Notes: a model not told the origin generated them from the sequence alone. Positions 27,725 to 38,000 are shown, counted from the stretch's first letter. The stretch: 57,358 nucleotides of DNA from a virus (IMGVR_UViG_3300015189_000004:1-57358); one strand, 5' to 3'. Numbers and translations are program-made.

Positions 27725-27795
27725 ACACTACCGGTCACCCGCTTACGGGAGGCTGACTACCCGCTTACGGGAAGTTGAAAAGTAGTGTGGTTCTC
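27716..27795 (+). ncRNA. Candidate small RNA B (2 x ACCCGCTTACGGGA)
   Basis: Perfect 14-bp terminal stem 27718-27731/27782-27795; repeats at 27737 and 27759 with G.U-containing lower stems. Confidence 0.75.
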
Positions 27796-27803
27796 CTTTT
27801 GCC

Positions 27804-27835
27804 ACGCAGGAAAACCACACCCTATAATGAGAACC
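27804..27835 (+). promoter_or_regulatory. Promoter motif, copy 6
   Basis: ACGCAGGAAAACCACACCCTATAATGAGAACC. Confidence 0.85.
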
Positions 27836-27935
27836 TAGTATCTGGATCACCCGATAAGGGAGATCTGAATGGCCACCCGATAAGGGAGACCTACTTGCCA
27901 CCCGATAAGGGAGACAACAGATACTAGGTTCTCAT
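27827..27935 (+). ncRNA. Candidate small RNA C (3 x CACCCGATAAGGGAGA)
   Basis: Perfect 18-bp terminal stem 27827-27844/27918-27935; repeats at 27848, 27874 and 27899 with covarying flanks. Confidence 0.78.
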
Positions 27936-27967
27936 TTTTCTGCCTAAACTCAACGAAAGGAATTGTT

Positions 27968-28090
27968 ATGTACTCACAGTGCAGAAAGCGTTACGGATTC
28001 TGGAACTTCATCGGAGACGTCCTCATGACGTGTCTCACAAGTGGGCTCTGGCTCATCTGGATCTTCGTTCGTGAGATGCGTCGTCGCTGA
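27968..28090 (+). CDS. Small membrane protein (40 aa)
   Basis: Read by eye: GAAAGGA RBS, then MYSQCRKRYGFWNFIGDVLMTCLTSGLWLIWIFVREMRRR. Confidence 0.65.
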   Translation: MYSQCRKRYGFWNFIGDVLMTCLTSGLWLIWIFVREMRRR

Positions 28091-28091
28091 C

Positions 28092-28241
28092 ATGCGTCTC
28101 ATATTCTGGGTCTCCATGCTGATCATCGCCGCAGGGTTCATCGCACGCTGGTACCGCGTCAGTGCGCCTCAGTCTCAGACAACAAATCTGCCGGAGACTT
28201 CCGGTGAAACGCTCGAAAGGAACACCGATGACGCTGCTTGA
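28092..28241 (+). CDS. Small membrane protein
   Basis: MRLIFWVSMLIIAAGFIARW...; starts 1 nt after the previous stop. Confidence 0.5.
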   Translation: MRLIFWVSMLIIAAGFIARWYRVSAPQSQTTNLPETSGETLERNTDDAA

Positions 28242-29001
28242 CATCGCAAAGAAGGTTGAGAGACTTGCCATTGAGAACTCTCCGGCCATTCTGACAGCGA
28301 TTGCTGTTACTGGATCACTGGCCACAGCATATCTTGCTGGTTCGGCCTCGTTCAAGGCTGCGGATCTGATTGCGGACGAGCAGTACCGCTTGGACCTGCA
28401 CCCGACGGCACACCAGCTCGAAACCAAGGAGAAGTTCTACCTCGTATGGAAAGCCTATATCCCAGCCGCTGGTACGGGTGTCGTGACCATAGTGTGCATC
28501 ATCGGCGCCAACCGTATCGGATCACGTCGGGCTGCAGCAGTAGCTGCCGCGTACACGATATCCGAGAAGGCATTCACCGAGTACCGGGAAAAGGTCGTCG
28601 AGAAGATGGGCGAAGCCAAGGAGCGGAAGGTCCGCGATGAGGTGGCGCAGGATCAGGTCAATCGGAATCCTGCCGGATCTCGAGAGATCGTCATCACTGG
28701 CAATGGCGACGTGCTCTGCTATGACGTCTTCTCGGAGCGATATTTCGAGAGCGACATGGAGACGCTCAAGAAGGCTCAGAACGATCTGAACTACACGCTC
28801 CTCAACGATGGTTATGCCTCTCTCGGGGACTTCTACGGCAAGATTGGCCTCTCTGCGATGCCGTATTCCGAAGAAGTTGGCTGGACGAGTGAGCATCTGA
28901 TGGAGATGCAGCTCTCGACCACGCTTTCGGATGATCAGCGTCCGTGCATTTCGCTCGACTTCCGCGTGACACCTGTGCGGGACTACTACCGCGTTCACTG
29001 A
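28228..29001 (+). CDS. Conserved phage protein (DUF6353-like; paralogue of 32080)
   Basis: NSPAILTAIAVTG...AAAVAAAY...AFTEYREKV...GYASLGDFY...VGW. Family name recalled, not searched. Confidence 0.65.
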   Translation: MTLLDIAKKVERLAIENSPAILTAIAVTGSLATAYLAGSASFKAADLIADEQYRLDLHPTAHQLETKEKFYLVWKAYIPAAGTGVVTIVCIIGANRIGSRRAAAVAAAYTISEKAFTEYREKVVEKMGEAKERKVRDEVAQDQVNRNPAGSREIVITGNGDVLCYDVFSERYFESDMETLKKAQNDLNYTLLNDGYASLGDFYGKIGLSAMPYSEEVGWTSEHLMEMQLSTTLSDDQRPCISLDFRVTPVRDYYRVH

Positions 29002-29011
29002 GGCCTACGCC

Positions 29012-29043
29012 TCGCAAGAATTACGGGTCCTATAATGAGACCC
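29012..29043 (+). promoter_or_regulatory. Promoter motif, copy 7
   Basis: TCGCAAGAATTACGGGTCCTATAATGAGACCC. Confidence 0.85.
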
Positions 29044-29066
29044 ATCCAACAAAAAGGAGAACCATC

Positions 29067-29261
29067 ATGTCCGAGCAGATCCCCGACATCAGCACCCTTC
29101 CCACCAAGAAGTTCGCATTCCTCAACAAGACCAACGCCATCCGCGTCGCCGTCGCAGCCACCGCTGTCGCCGTCGTCGCAGTACTCGTCGTCAAGTTGAA
29201 GGACGGCGCCTTCGAGGACGAGATCGGTGACCTGACCGTCGTCGAGACCCCCGAGTCCTGA
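29067..29261 (+). CDS. Small single-pass membrane protein
   Basis: AAGGAG RBS; hydrophobic run VAVAATAVAVVAVLVV. Confidence 0.7.
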   Translation: MSEQIPDISTLPTKKFAFLNKTNAIRVAVAATAVAVVAVLVVKLKDGAFEDEIGDLTVVETPES

Positions 29262-29285
29262 CACACCCCCAAGTTTGACCCCTCG

Positions 29286-29331
29286 AAAGGAAAGGCTTTG
29301 TAACCAACAATTACAGAGCCTTTCCTTTTTG
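29286..29331 (+). terminator. Intrinsic terminator
   Basis: AAAGGAAAGGCTTTGTAA-ccaacaa-TTACAGAGCCTTTCCTTT followed by TTG. Confidence 0.75.
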
Positions 29332-29357
29332 CTTTGACCAATGATAAGGAATACTAG

Positions 29358-29777
29358 ATGCAACACAAAGATTTCGAACGCGTTCTCGATCAGCAGATCA
29401 AGATGTGTCAGGATGTTCTGGTCGTCAAATCCGGAAGCTACTCGACTGAGTCAGACAAACTGCACAACTTCAAGGTTGCCGCCGATATTCAGGGATGCAC
29501 GATCCCGCAGGCGGTTGCCGGGATGATGGTCAAGCACACGGTCTCGATCTATGACATGTGCGCCAGTGACAAGGGCTTCGACATGGAGATCTGGGACGAA
29601 AAGATCACAGACCACCTGAACTACCTGTTCTTGCTCAAGGCAGCAGTGCTCGAAGAGGCCTACGACACGCTTCCGTGGGCACTGCTTCCCTATTTCGAGT
29701 CGGGACCACCCGCTCCGTCGGCTCACGCCACAGTCAACACGGACGGCTCTATCCACCTGCATTGCACTGAGATCTGA
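29358..29777 (+). CDS. Hypothetical protein (possible all-alpha nucleotide-modification-associated domain)
   Basis: K...Y....DKLHNFK...M.KH...EKITDHLNYL pattern. Confidence 0.55.
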   Translation: MQHKDFERVLDQQIKMCQDVLVVKSGSYSTESDKLHNFKVAADIQGCTIPQAVAGMMVKHTVSIYDMCASDKGFDMEIWDEKITDHLNYLFLLKAAVLEEAYDTLPWALLPYFESGPPAPSAHATVNTDGSIHLHCTEI

Positions 29778-29928
29778 GAGGCATACCCATGCATGATCGT
29801 CTTACCAAGATCCAATACGTCGCTTTCATCGCTGGTGCTTCGGTTGGACTCCTCATGGCCCGAGGGTTCATTGCTGGCGTCAACAAGGTCTTCCCGCCCA
29901 ACCCCATCAAGAACTGAAAGGCACACCC

Positions 29929-30486
29929 ATGCTCAAGAAAGACATCACATACCAGGACCTCGACGGCAACTCCCTCACGGAGACCTTCTGGTTCAACCTC
30001 TCCAAGGCTGAGATCGCCAAGATGGAGCTCAGCAAGAACGGCGGGGGCCTGACCGGCTACCTCAAGGCCATCGTGGAGGCAGAAGACGGAGAGGCCATCG
30101 TCACTACCTTCGAGGAGATCTTGACCAAGGCCTACGGCATCCGCAATGCGGACAACAAGGGCTTCGACAAGTCTCCTGAGATCTCGAAGCACTTCATGTC
30201 GACCGATGCTTATTCGGTTCTGTTCATGGAGCTCGTGACGGACGCTGAGGCAAGCTCGGCCTTCATTCGGGGGATCGTTCCGGCAGATCTCAGCGAGAAG
30301 ATGGACGACACCGTCCTTCCGGCTGGAATGCTTCCGAAGTCTGACTTCCGTCTCGAGAGTGTAGGGACGGATCTTCACAGTGCGGCTGAGACGGTCTCTG
30401 CTGCGGTCGAGACGGCAAAGACGTCGAACATGACTCTCGACGAGATGAAGGCTGCGATCCGCAAGGCCGAAGAGAACAGCCAGTAG
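29929..30486 (+). CDS. Conserved hypothetical protein
   Basis: GAAAGG RBS; MLKKDITYQDLDGN...FWFNLSKAE; strong codon bias. Confidence 0.75.
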   Translation: MLKKDITYQDLDGNSLTETFWFNLSKAEIAKMELSKNGGGLTGYLKAIVEAEDGEAIVTTFEEILTKAYGIRNADNKGFDKSPEISKHFMSTDAYSVLFMELVTDAEASSAFIRGIVPADLSEKMDDTVLPAGMLPKSDFRLESVGTDLHSAAETVSAAVETAKTSNMTLDEMKAAIRKAEENSQ

Positions 30487-30595
30487 TTCATATTTGCGAG
30501 ATGGGAGTTAGCAAGGGTCCTTTCTCAGGGGTCTCGCCCTATTCCGGATGCTGACTTATAAACGCCAGCCGACGTTCCCATATCATGTGCCCACC

Positions 30596-30627
30596 TCGCA
30601 GAAACTCCACGCCCTATAATGAGACCC
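30596..30627 (+). promoter_or_regulatory. Promoter motif, copy 8
   Basis: TCGCAGAAACTCCACGCCCTATAATGAGACCC. Confidence 0.85.
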
Positions 30628-30646
30628 CTATGAAAGGAACACCACC

Positions 30647-30901
30647 ATGACCAAAACTGACATCACCAAAGCTGTCGTTCGCAACATCGTTGGCTACACC
30701 ACTTCGTTCACTATCGCAAACCTCATCCGTCGCAACCTCCAGACAGAATCCACCATTGAAACGGTCGAGATCTATGTCGGGTCGGTTGTCGTCGGTGCCA
30801 TGATTGCCGAGAGTGCACAGAAGTACGTAGACAAAGAGATTGACGACCTGACCGCCGCGTGGAAGTCCATGAAGACCACCATGAAAGCCAACCAGAACTA
30901 G
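30647..30901 (+). CDS. Hypothetical protein
   Basis: GAAAGGA RBS after promoter copy 8. Confidence 0.7.
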   Translation: MTKTDITKAVVRNIVGYTTSFTIANLIRRNLQTESTIETVEIYVGSVVVGAMIAESAQKYVDKEIDDLTAAWKSMKTTMKANQN

Positions 30902-30906
30902 ACCCT

Positions 30907-30948
30907 CAAACCCACAGCCCCTAACACGGGCTTACGGTTTGCTTTTTT
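30907..30948 (+). terminator. Hairpin with CTAACAC loop and T tract
   Basis: CAAACC-cac-AGCCC-CTAACAC-GGGCT-tac-GGTTTG-CTTTTTT. Confidence 0.75.
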
Positions 30949-30963
30949 GACAGAGGACTAATT

Positions 30964-31269
30964 ATGGAATATCCCGGCAACAGTTATGCCATGCGAGGCG
31001 AGATGAAGCGCGTTGCCAGCGAAGATCCAAGCACATATCAAAACACCTCTGGCCATTACTACGTTCGACTCAAATACACGGTGTGGCCTGAACTCTACGG
31101 GGACGAACTCCCGATTCCTTTTCCGACTCTCAAAGCAGCACTATTCTTTGCTGAGATCAACATCACGTCCACAGTAGTTCGTGCTCGTGTGTACACGCCA
31201 TCCGGCACTCTGGTCACTATATTTGCCTACTCCAATAGTGGGACAGTACGCAATGACCTTCTCTCTTAG
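30964..31269 (+). CDS. Hypothetical protein
   Basis: GAGGA RBS; ORF track. Confidence 0.6.
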   Translation: MEYPGNSYAMRGEMKRVASEDPSTYQNTSGHYYVRLKYTVWPELYGDELPIPFPTLKAALFFAEINITSTVVRARVYTPSGTLVTIFAYSNSGTVRNDLLS

Positions 31270-31281
31270 ATTGAGGACAAA

Positions 31282-31932
31282 ATGGTTAGCGAATTCCCCA
31301 GCAACAGCAAGAACCCTACGAACGAAAAGAAGTCGAAGGAAGAGCCGAAGAAGGTCGAGCGGGTCATTCAGGGCGAAGTCATTCGTCGAAAGAAGCCGAT
31401 GCTGCGACGTCTCAAGGACACCTTCGGCGGTGGCGACGCCAAGGGCGCTGTCAGTTTCGTTCTGATCGACGTGATTCTTCCGATGACGAAGGACATGGTT
31501 GCTGACGCGGTCAGTCAGGGCGCCGAGCGAATGATATTCGGTGAGTCGAGGTCTACGAGTCGTCGAAGTGGTCGTCATTTCGGAAGCGGCTCGAACAACC
31601 ACACCAACTACCAGAAGTCGTTCCGAGGAGGCTCTCGTGACAACTACCGAGACGATCCTCGGGCAAACCCGACACGCAAGGCACGAGCAAGCTTCGACTT
31701 CGAAGACATCATCATCCCCACGCGCGCTGAGGCTGAGGACGTTATCGACCAGCTCTTTGAGTTGATCTCGAAGTTCGAGGCAGTCACCGTCGCGGAACTC
31801 TACAGTCTCGTAGGTGTCACACCGACCTACACCGACGAGCAGTGGGGCTGGTACGACCTTCGTGGTGCAGGACCGACCCGGATCAGCAATGGATATCTGC
31901 TTGAACTCCCGAAGCCGGAACCTCTCGACTGA
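31282..31932 (+). CDS. Conserved hypothetical protein
   Basis: GAGGA RBS; C-terminal VTVAELYSLVG...WGW motif. Confidence 0.7.
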   Translation: MVSEFPSNSKNPTNEKKSKEEPKKVERVIQGEVIRRKKPMLRRLKDTFGGGDAKGAVSFVLIDVILPMTKDMVADAVSQGAERMIFGESRSTSRRSGRHFGSGSNNHTNYQKSFRGGSRDNYRDDPRANPTRKARASFDFEDIIIPTRAEAEDVIDQLFELISKFEAVTVAELYSLVGVTPTYTDEQWGWYDLRGAGPTRISNGYLLELPKPEPLD

Positions 31933-32069
31933 TGGCGAGCAACAGCAAAGAGCGAGAGTTGTTGAAGACTGTATATCCCAGCAAGCAGTGGGCTGAGAAA
32001 GTCAACAACATGACCACCGCTCAAGTCATAGCCGTAGTTATGCGGCTCAAGATGCAGAACAAACTTTAA
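31932..32069 (+). CDS. Small hypothetical protein (45 aa)
   Basis: Read by eye: TGATG coupling, MASNSKERELLKTVYPSKQWAEKVNNMTTAQVIAVVMRLKMQNKL. Confidence 0.55.
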   Translation: MASNSKERELLKTVYPSKQWAEKVNNMTTAQVIAVVMRLKMQNKL

Positions 32070-32079
32070 GGAGTCAAGC

Positions 32080-32988
32080 ATGAATCTGAAACTCACAACG
32101 ATTAAGAACGCCATCACGTCGAAGGCGGCACGACAGATCCTCGTCACTCAGAAGCACTCACCCACGCTGCTTTTCGGTGCGGGCGTCGTTGGTGTCATCG
32201 CAACAGTGGTGCTTGCCTCTCGGGCAACGCTATATCTGGATGCTGCCATTGACGAGACCAACGATAAGCTGGTCAAGGCATGGGACATGCACGAGGAGAA
32301 CAAGAACTACACAGACAGCCAGTGGAACCGCGACAAGCTCACCATCCGTTCTCGTGGTGCCATGCAGATCGCCAAGTTGTACTGGCCGGCAGTCACCGTG
32401 GGCGTCATCTCCATCGGTTGCCTCAGTGGTTCACACGTCATTCTCACCAAGCGCAACGTTGGCTTGACCGCAGCATACGCCGCTGTCGAGAAGGGTTTCG
32501 CCGAGTATCGGGCGAGGGTCACCAGCGAGTTCGGTGAGGACAAGGATCGTGAGCTTCGCTACGGGACCGAGATGCATGAGGTCATCTCCGAGACGTCCAA
32601 GGGTGAGCATATTGTCACGAAAGTTCCGAGGGTTGGTCCCAATGGCTCGTCGATCTACGCCAAGTACTTCGATGAGTTCAACAAGAACTGGAACCGGGAA
32701 GCGGACTACAACCGGATCTTCATCCAGTGCCAGCAGGACTACGCCAACCACCTGCTTCACGCTCGTGGGCACGTCACTCTCAACGACGTGTATGACTCCC
32801 TCGGTATCGAGCGGAGCACCGCAGGATTCGTCGTCGGCTGGGTTCTGAACAAGGACGGTAGCGGAGACAATTTCATCGATTTCGGTGTATACGACAACAC
32901 CCAGAAGGCCCGAGACTTCGTCAACGGCCGAGAGGGTTCCATTCTGCTCGACTTCAATGTCGACGGCGTCATCTACGACAAGATCTGA
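32080..32988 (+). CDS. Conserved phage protein (DUF6353-like; paralogue of 28228)
   Basis: KHSPTLLFGAGVVG...LTAAY...GFAEYRARV...GHVTLNDVY...VGW...LDFNVDG. Confidence 0.7.
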   Translation: MNLKLTTIKNAITSKAARQILVTQKHSPTLLFGAGVVGVIATVVLASRATLYLDAAIDETNDKLVKAWDMHEENKNYTDSQWNRDKLTIRSRGAMQIAKLYWPAVTVGVISIGCLSGSHVILTKRNVGLTAAYAAVEKGFAEYRARVTSEFGEDKDRELRYGTEMHEVISETSKGEHIVTKVPRVGPNGSSIYAKYFDEFNKNWNREADYNRIFIQCQQDYANHLLHARGHVTLNDVYDSLGIERSTAGFVVGWVLNKDGSGDNFIDFGVYDNTQKARDFVNGREGSILLDFNVDGVIYDKI

Positions 32989-33162
32989 AAGGATCGAAAT
33001 TATGAACGCAAAGCCGAAGCCCCCGACCAAGAAGACTCCTACCCTGAAGCAGACTGCATGGGGTAAGAACTTCCTCCCCGATCAGGGCCCGAAGATCAAT
33101 GGGTCCTCACTGCAGTACACGTCCAACTCGTCCAAGTCCTTTCAGATTCCGGAGGCTCGCGC

Positions 33163-33990
33163 ATGAATCGCCCCGAGATCGTCTCTGGTTGTGGTGGCAT
33201 TGTTCTCGGCCTAAGTGTTGGAGGTGCTGTTGCCTTCGTTCTCGTGAAGAAAATGGAGGCGAAGTACAACCTCATCGCTGAGAAAGAGATTCAGGAGGCG
33301 AAGAAGTTCTACTCGTCCAAGTTCAAGACGGGCGACTTTGCCTCACCTGAGATGATGGTCGCAAGTCTTGGTATCGACTCTCCGGACGAAGTACTGCCAT
33401 CAGTCAAGGATGCTGCCGAAGCCCTCGTCAGTTACAAGGCCGACGGTGAGGTCATCGAGACTGACAGCGATATCGTCGCTCTCGTTGAGCGTGAGATGAA
33501 CGAAGCTGAACCGATCGAAGAGATCAACGCTCGTCTCAACAAGATGCCCGAGCAGGTTCGGAACATCTTCAAGGACGCAGAGCCCGATCCCACGGGTGTC
33601 TTCGATTACAAGGAGGAGTTGAAGCATCGTACAAAGACGACTCCATACGTGATCTCGCATGACGAGTTCATGGAGAACGAAGAAGAGCACAGTCAGGTCT
33701 CGGTCACATATTTCGAGGGTGACAACGTCATCACCGATGAGAAAGACGAGATCCTTGAGGATGTCGACAACACCATCGGCGAAGTCAACCTCGAGAAATT
33801 CGGACACGGCTCCAAAGACAGCAAGATCGTCTACGTCCGGAATGATCGGCTCGACCTTGACTTCGAAGTGGTTCTGAGTCATGGCAAGTACACCGAGGAA
33901 GTTCTCGGATTCCTCGAGCACTCAGGCGAAACTCGTCACTCTCGTGATGGTCGCTCCAAGATCCGCCGATTCAGGGGTGACGATGAGTGA
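33163..33990 (+). CDS. Acidic protein with N-terminal TM segment
   Basis: ORF track; PYVIS..EF and VYVRN.RL..DFEV motifs. Confidence 0.7.
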   Translation: MNRPEIVSGCGGIVLGLSVGGAVAFVLVKKMEAKYNLIAEKEIQEAKKFYSSKFKTGDFASPEMMVASLGIDSPDEVLPSVKDAAEALVSYKADGEVIETDSDIVALVEREMNEAEPIEEINARLNKMPEQVRNIFKDAEPDPTGVFDYKEELKHRTKTTPYVISHDEFMENEEEHSQVSVTYFEGDNVITDEKDEILEDVDNTIGEVNLEKFGHGSKDSKIVYVRNDRLDLDFEVVLSHGKYTEEVLGFLEHSGETRHSRDGRSKIRRFRGDDE

Positions 33991-34520
33991 TGAGCGAGCC
34001 ACTGGATGATCTATATCTGACGTGGCTCTACAGTCAAACCGGCTCTGTCAAGCTCAAGAACCCAGCAAGGACCTACTGGTCCCTTCTCAGACTGCTCTAT
34101 ACCAAAGAGTTCGTCTGGATAATCCCAAATGATGACAACCGAGTAGAGGACGGGCGTGACCTAAGAGACGAGTTCTGTGCGGTCCACAATATTGACGATG
34201 CGGATCAAGAGTGGATGGACATGGGCTGCTCCATGCTCGAGATGATGATTGCCTTATCGCGGAGGCTCGCCTTTGAAGCTGAGGGTGAGCCCCGCGACTG
34301 GTTTTGGCAGATCATTACAAACCTCGAGTTGCGACATTACAACGACAAAGTTCGTATCCCACTAGATGAATTGGACGAACGTCTCAACATGATCATATTC
34401 CGGACGTACGATCCGGATGGTCAAGGAGGACTCTTCCCACTGAAGTGGCCTGAAAGGGATCAACGCGACATCGAAATCTGGTACCAATTAGCCGGTTACA
34501 TCATGGAAAGGGATAACTAA
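33987..34520 (+). CDS. Conserved hypothetical protein
   Basis: DDNRVEDGRDLR, CSMLEMMIALS and GGLFP...IWYQ motifs. Confidence 0.7.
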   Translation: MMSEPLDDLYLTWLYSQTGSVKLKNPARTYWSLLRLLYTKEFVWIIPNDDNRVEDGRDLRDEFCAVHNIDDADQEWMDMGCSMLEMMIALSRRLAFEAEGEPRDWFWQIITNLELRHYNDKVRIPLDELDERLNMIIFRTYDPDGQGGLFPLKWPERDQRDIEIWYQLAGYIMERDN

Positions 34521-34522
34521 GC

Positions 34523-35026
34523 ATGGACGGGATCGAGGTCTGGTTAGAGATCGAAGAGGCGCCAAGATATCTTGTAAGCAGTCTTGGTCGCGTTCAAAAC
34601 CGTATGACTGGTCGGATACTAAGTCAAAGTCCAAATACGAGAGGTTATCCAAAAGTTCGATTGGTAATTGGTAATCGATCGTGGACCAGATCTGTTCATA
34701 GACTCGTTTCGGAAGCTTTTTTCGATGGTGATCACACAGGTCTTGAACCAAACCATGGTGACGGACAAAAACATAACAACTACATAGCAAATTTGGAGTG
34801 GACTACGCATAAGAAAAATATGATACATGCTGTTCGAACTGGACTGTTTACGCCTTCGGGAGGATCTAAAAAGGTTCCGATACGAATCGTGGAGACAGAT
34901 GAATTTTTTGACAGCATAAGTTCGTGTGCTAGAGCCATTGGTGGTAGACACGGGTCCATTCAACAATGTTTAGATGGTCGTCAACGATCACATAAAGGTT
35001 ACACATTCGAGTATGTTGATGACTAA
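34523..35026 (+). CDS. NUMOD4-HNH-NUMOD1 homing endonuclease
   Basis: YLVSSLGRV, VHRLVSEAF, NHGDGQKHNNYIANLEWTT..KNM.HA; visibly more AT-rich than neighbours. Confidence 0.88.
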   Translation: MDGIEVWLEIEEAPRYLVSSLGRVQNRMTGRILSQSPNTRGYPKVRLVIGNRSWTRSVHRLVSEAFFDGDHTGLEPNHGDGQKHNNYIANLEWTTHKKNMIHAVRTGLFTPSGGSKKVPIRIVETDEFFDSISSCARAIGGRHGSIQQCLDGRQRSHKGYTFEYVDD

Positions 35027-35051
35027 CTCTGTCAAATAGAAAGGAGGGTAG

Positions 35052-38000
35052 ATGGATTTCTATCAGATGTGTACCCGAGAGAACAAGGGCGTACTGGACC
35101 TATATCCAGACTTTACAATCGGTAGGTCAAAGGATCTCATGGTGCGAGGGCATTCGTTCTATGCAATTTGGGACGAAGAGCGTGGCCTATGGTCCACCGA
35201 TGAGTATGACGTTCAGCGTCTCGTAGATGCAGAACTTCGGAAGTACACTGAAGACTCTCTTTCGTCGTCCGGAATCACGCACAACGTGAAGTACCTGCAG
35301 TCGTTCGGCAGCAATAACTGGACTCAGTTCCAGAGTTTCATGAAGAATGTCAGTGATAACAGCCACCAGTTGGACGAGAAGCTCACTTTCGCAAACTCTG
35401 AGACGAAGAAGTCCGATTACGTCAGTCGGAGTCTTCCATATCCTCTAGCCGCTGGTGATTATAGTGCGTGGGACGAACTCGTAGGAACGCTGTACTCCGT
35501 CGAGGAACGCGCAAAGATTGAATGGGCCATTGGTGCAGTAGTTTCTGGAGACTCGAAGAAGATTCAGAAGTTCATTGTTCTTTACGGTCCTGCTGGTACC
35601 GGGAAGTCAACAATTCTGAACATAATCCTGAAGATGTTCGAGGGCTACACCACAACATTCGAGGCGAAAGCTCTCGGATCAGCCAACGGCTCATTTGCCA
35701 CAGAAGTCTTCAAGAACAACCCCCTAGTTGCGATCCAACAGGATGGGGATCTCTCCAAGATCGATGACAACACCAAACTGAACTCGATCATTGCTCACGA
35801 AGACATGACTATGAATGAGAAGTTCAAGCCTAGCTACACGGCCAAGGTGAACGCCTTCTTATTCATGGGTACCAACCAGCCAGTCAAGATCTCAGATGCG
35901 AAGTCTGGGATTATTCGACGTCTGATCGACGTGCATCCGACTGGCGTCAAGATTCCCGTGAACCACTACCACACTTTGATGTCCAAGATCGACTTCGAGT
36001 TGGGTGCTATTGCCCAACATTGTCTCGAGGTCTATCAGCGTATGGGGAAGAACTACTACAACGCGTATCGTCCACTTGAGATGATGTTGCAGACAGACAT
36101 ATTCTTCAACTTCATCGAAGCGAACTACGACGTATTCAAAGAACAAGACGGTGCCACACTCAAGCAGGCGTACCAGTTGTACAAAGAGTTCTGCAGCGAT
36201 ACCGGCATCGAACGCGTTCTTGCTCAGTACAAGGTTCGTGAGGAGTTGCGAAACTACTTCGAGGACTTCAAGGATCGTGTCACTATCGATGGGATTGTCA
36301 TGAGGAGTTACTACTCGGGTTTCACCGCCCGTCCCTTCAAGGCTCCGTCGAAAACCGACACGAGTTTCTCTCTGGTCATGGACGAGCGTGAGTCTACGTT
36401 TGATCAAGACTATGCAGAGTACCCTGCTCAGTATGCCAACGCAGACGAGACGCCTCTTCACAGATGGTCGTCAGTCAAGACAACGCTTGCTGATATTGAC
36501 ACGACCAAGGTTCACTTTGTTCAGATCCCAGAGAACCATATTGTGATCGACTTCGACCTCAAGAATGAACTGGGCGAGAAGTCTCTTGAGCAGAACCTGG
36601 AAGCAGCAAGCTTCTGGCCAGCAACATACGCTGAGATCAGCAAGGGTGAGGGAGGCGTTCACCTTCACTATATCTATGACGGTGACGTCTCTGAACTCGC
36701 ACCTGAGTACTCAACGGGTATCGAGGTTAAAGTCTATACGGGCAAAAGCGCACTGCGCCGAAAGCTCACCAAATGTAACAACGTACCTGTGGCGTCCATT
36801 AACAGTGGGCTCCCCATTAAGGAGAAGAAGATGCTCCACACGAACACCATCACCAGCGAGAAAGGTCTGCGTGACCTGATCATTCGGAATCTTCGTAAGG
36901 AGATTCATCCGGGGACCAAGCCTTCGATCGACTTCATCCAGAAGATCCTCGACGACGCCTACGACTCAGGCATGGCGTATGACCTGACCGACATGCGCTC
37001 TACCATCATGGCGTTTGCTAGCAACAGCAGCAACCAGCCCATGCAGGCGCTCAAGATCGTGCAGAAGATGAAGTTCCAGGGGAAAGAGGACGCCCAGCCA
37101 ACTGTCGCACAGGCTAAGGACGAACGAATCGTCTTGTTCGACCTCGAGGTCTACCCGAACCTGTTCGTCGTGTGTTGGAAGTACAAAGGCGATGCTGATG
37201 TCGCTCGGATGGTCAACCCGACAGCGCAGGATGTTGAGGCGTTGTTCAGATTCAAACTGGTGGGGTTCAACAACCGTCGGTATGACAACCACATCCTCTA
37301 CGCACGCTACCTCGGGTACAGCAACGAGCAGTTGTATATCCTCTCGCAGAAGATCATCAACAACGATCACGGCGCAATGTTCGGTGAGGCATACAGCCTC
37401 TCATACGCCGACATCTACGACTTCACCTCGAAGAAGCAGAGCCTGAAGAAGTACGAGATCGAGTTGGGGATTCATCACATGGAGATGGACCTTCCGTGGG
37501 ATGAGCCTGTGGCCGAAGAGGATATTCCTCGTGTTGTGGAGTACTGCTGCAACGACGTCAATGCCACTGAGGCAGTTCTTGACGACCGCAAACAGGACTT
37601 CGTCGCTCGAAGCATTCTCGCTGATCTGAGTGGTCTTGAGATCAACGACACCACACAGAAGCACACTGCGAAGATCGTCTTCGGGAATGACAAGTTCCCG
37701 CAAAAGCAGTTCCAGTACACCGATCTGAGCAAGGAGTTCCCGGGGTACGTATTCGACCTCGGCAAAAGCACGTACAAGGGCGAGGAGGTTGGTGAGGGAG
37801 GCTACGTCTACGCGGAGCCTGGCATCTACGAGAACGTCGCACTTCTGGATATTGCGTCGATGCATCCGACAACCATCGATGTCCTGAACATGTTTGGGGA
37901 CTACACGAAGAACTACATCGACCTGAAAGATGCTCGTCTGGCTATCAAGCACGGCGAGTACGACTGGGCTCGGAAGCTCTTCGGTGGAAAGCTGAAGCCA

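Noticed and set aside
27737-27914. CsrA/RsmA sponge interpretation of the GGA motifs
   Set aside because: GGA lies at the stem base rather than in loops, and the unit D repeats end GGGT; disfavoured but not excluded.
27716-27935. MITE or transposon interpretation of the terminal inverted repeats
   Set aside because: No transposase and no target-site duplications were seen, the IR sequence differs between units, and G.U pairs favour RNA structure.
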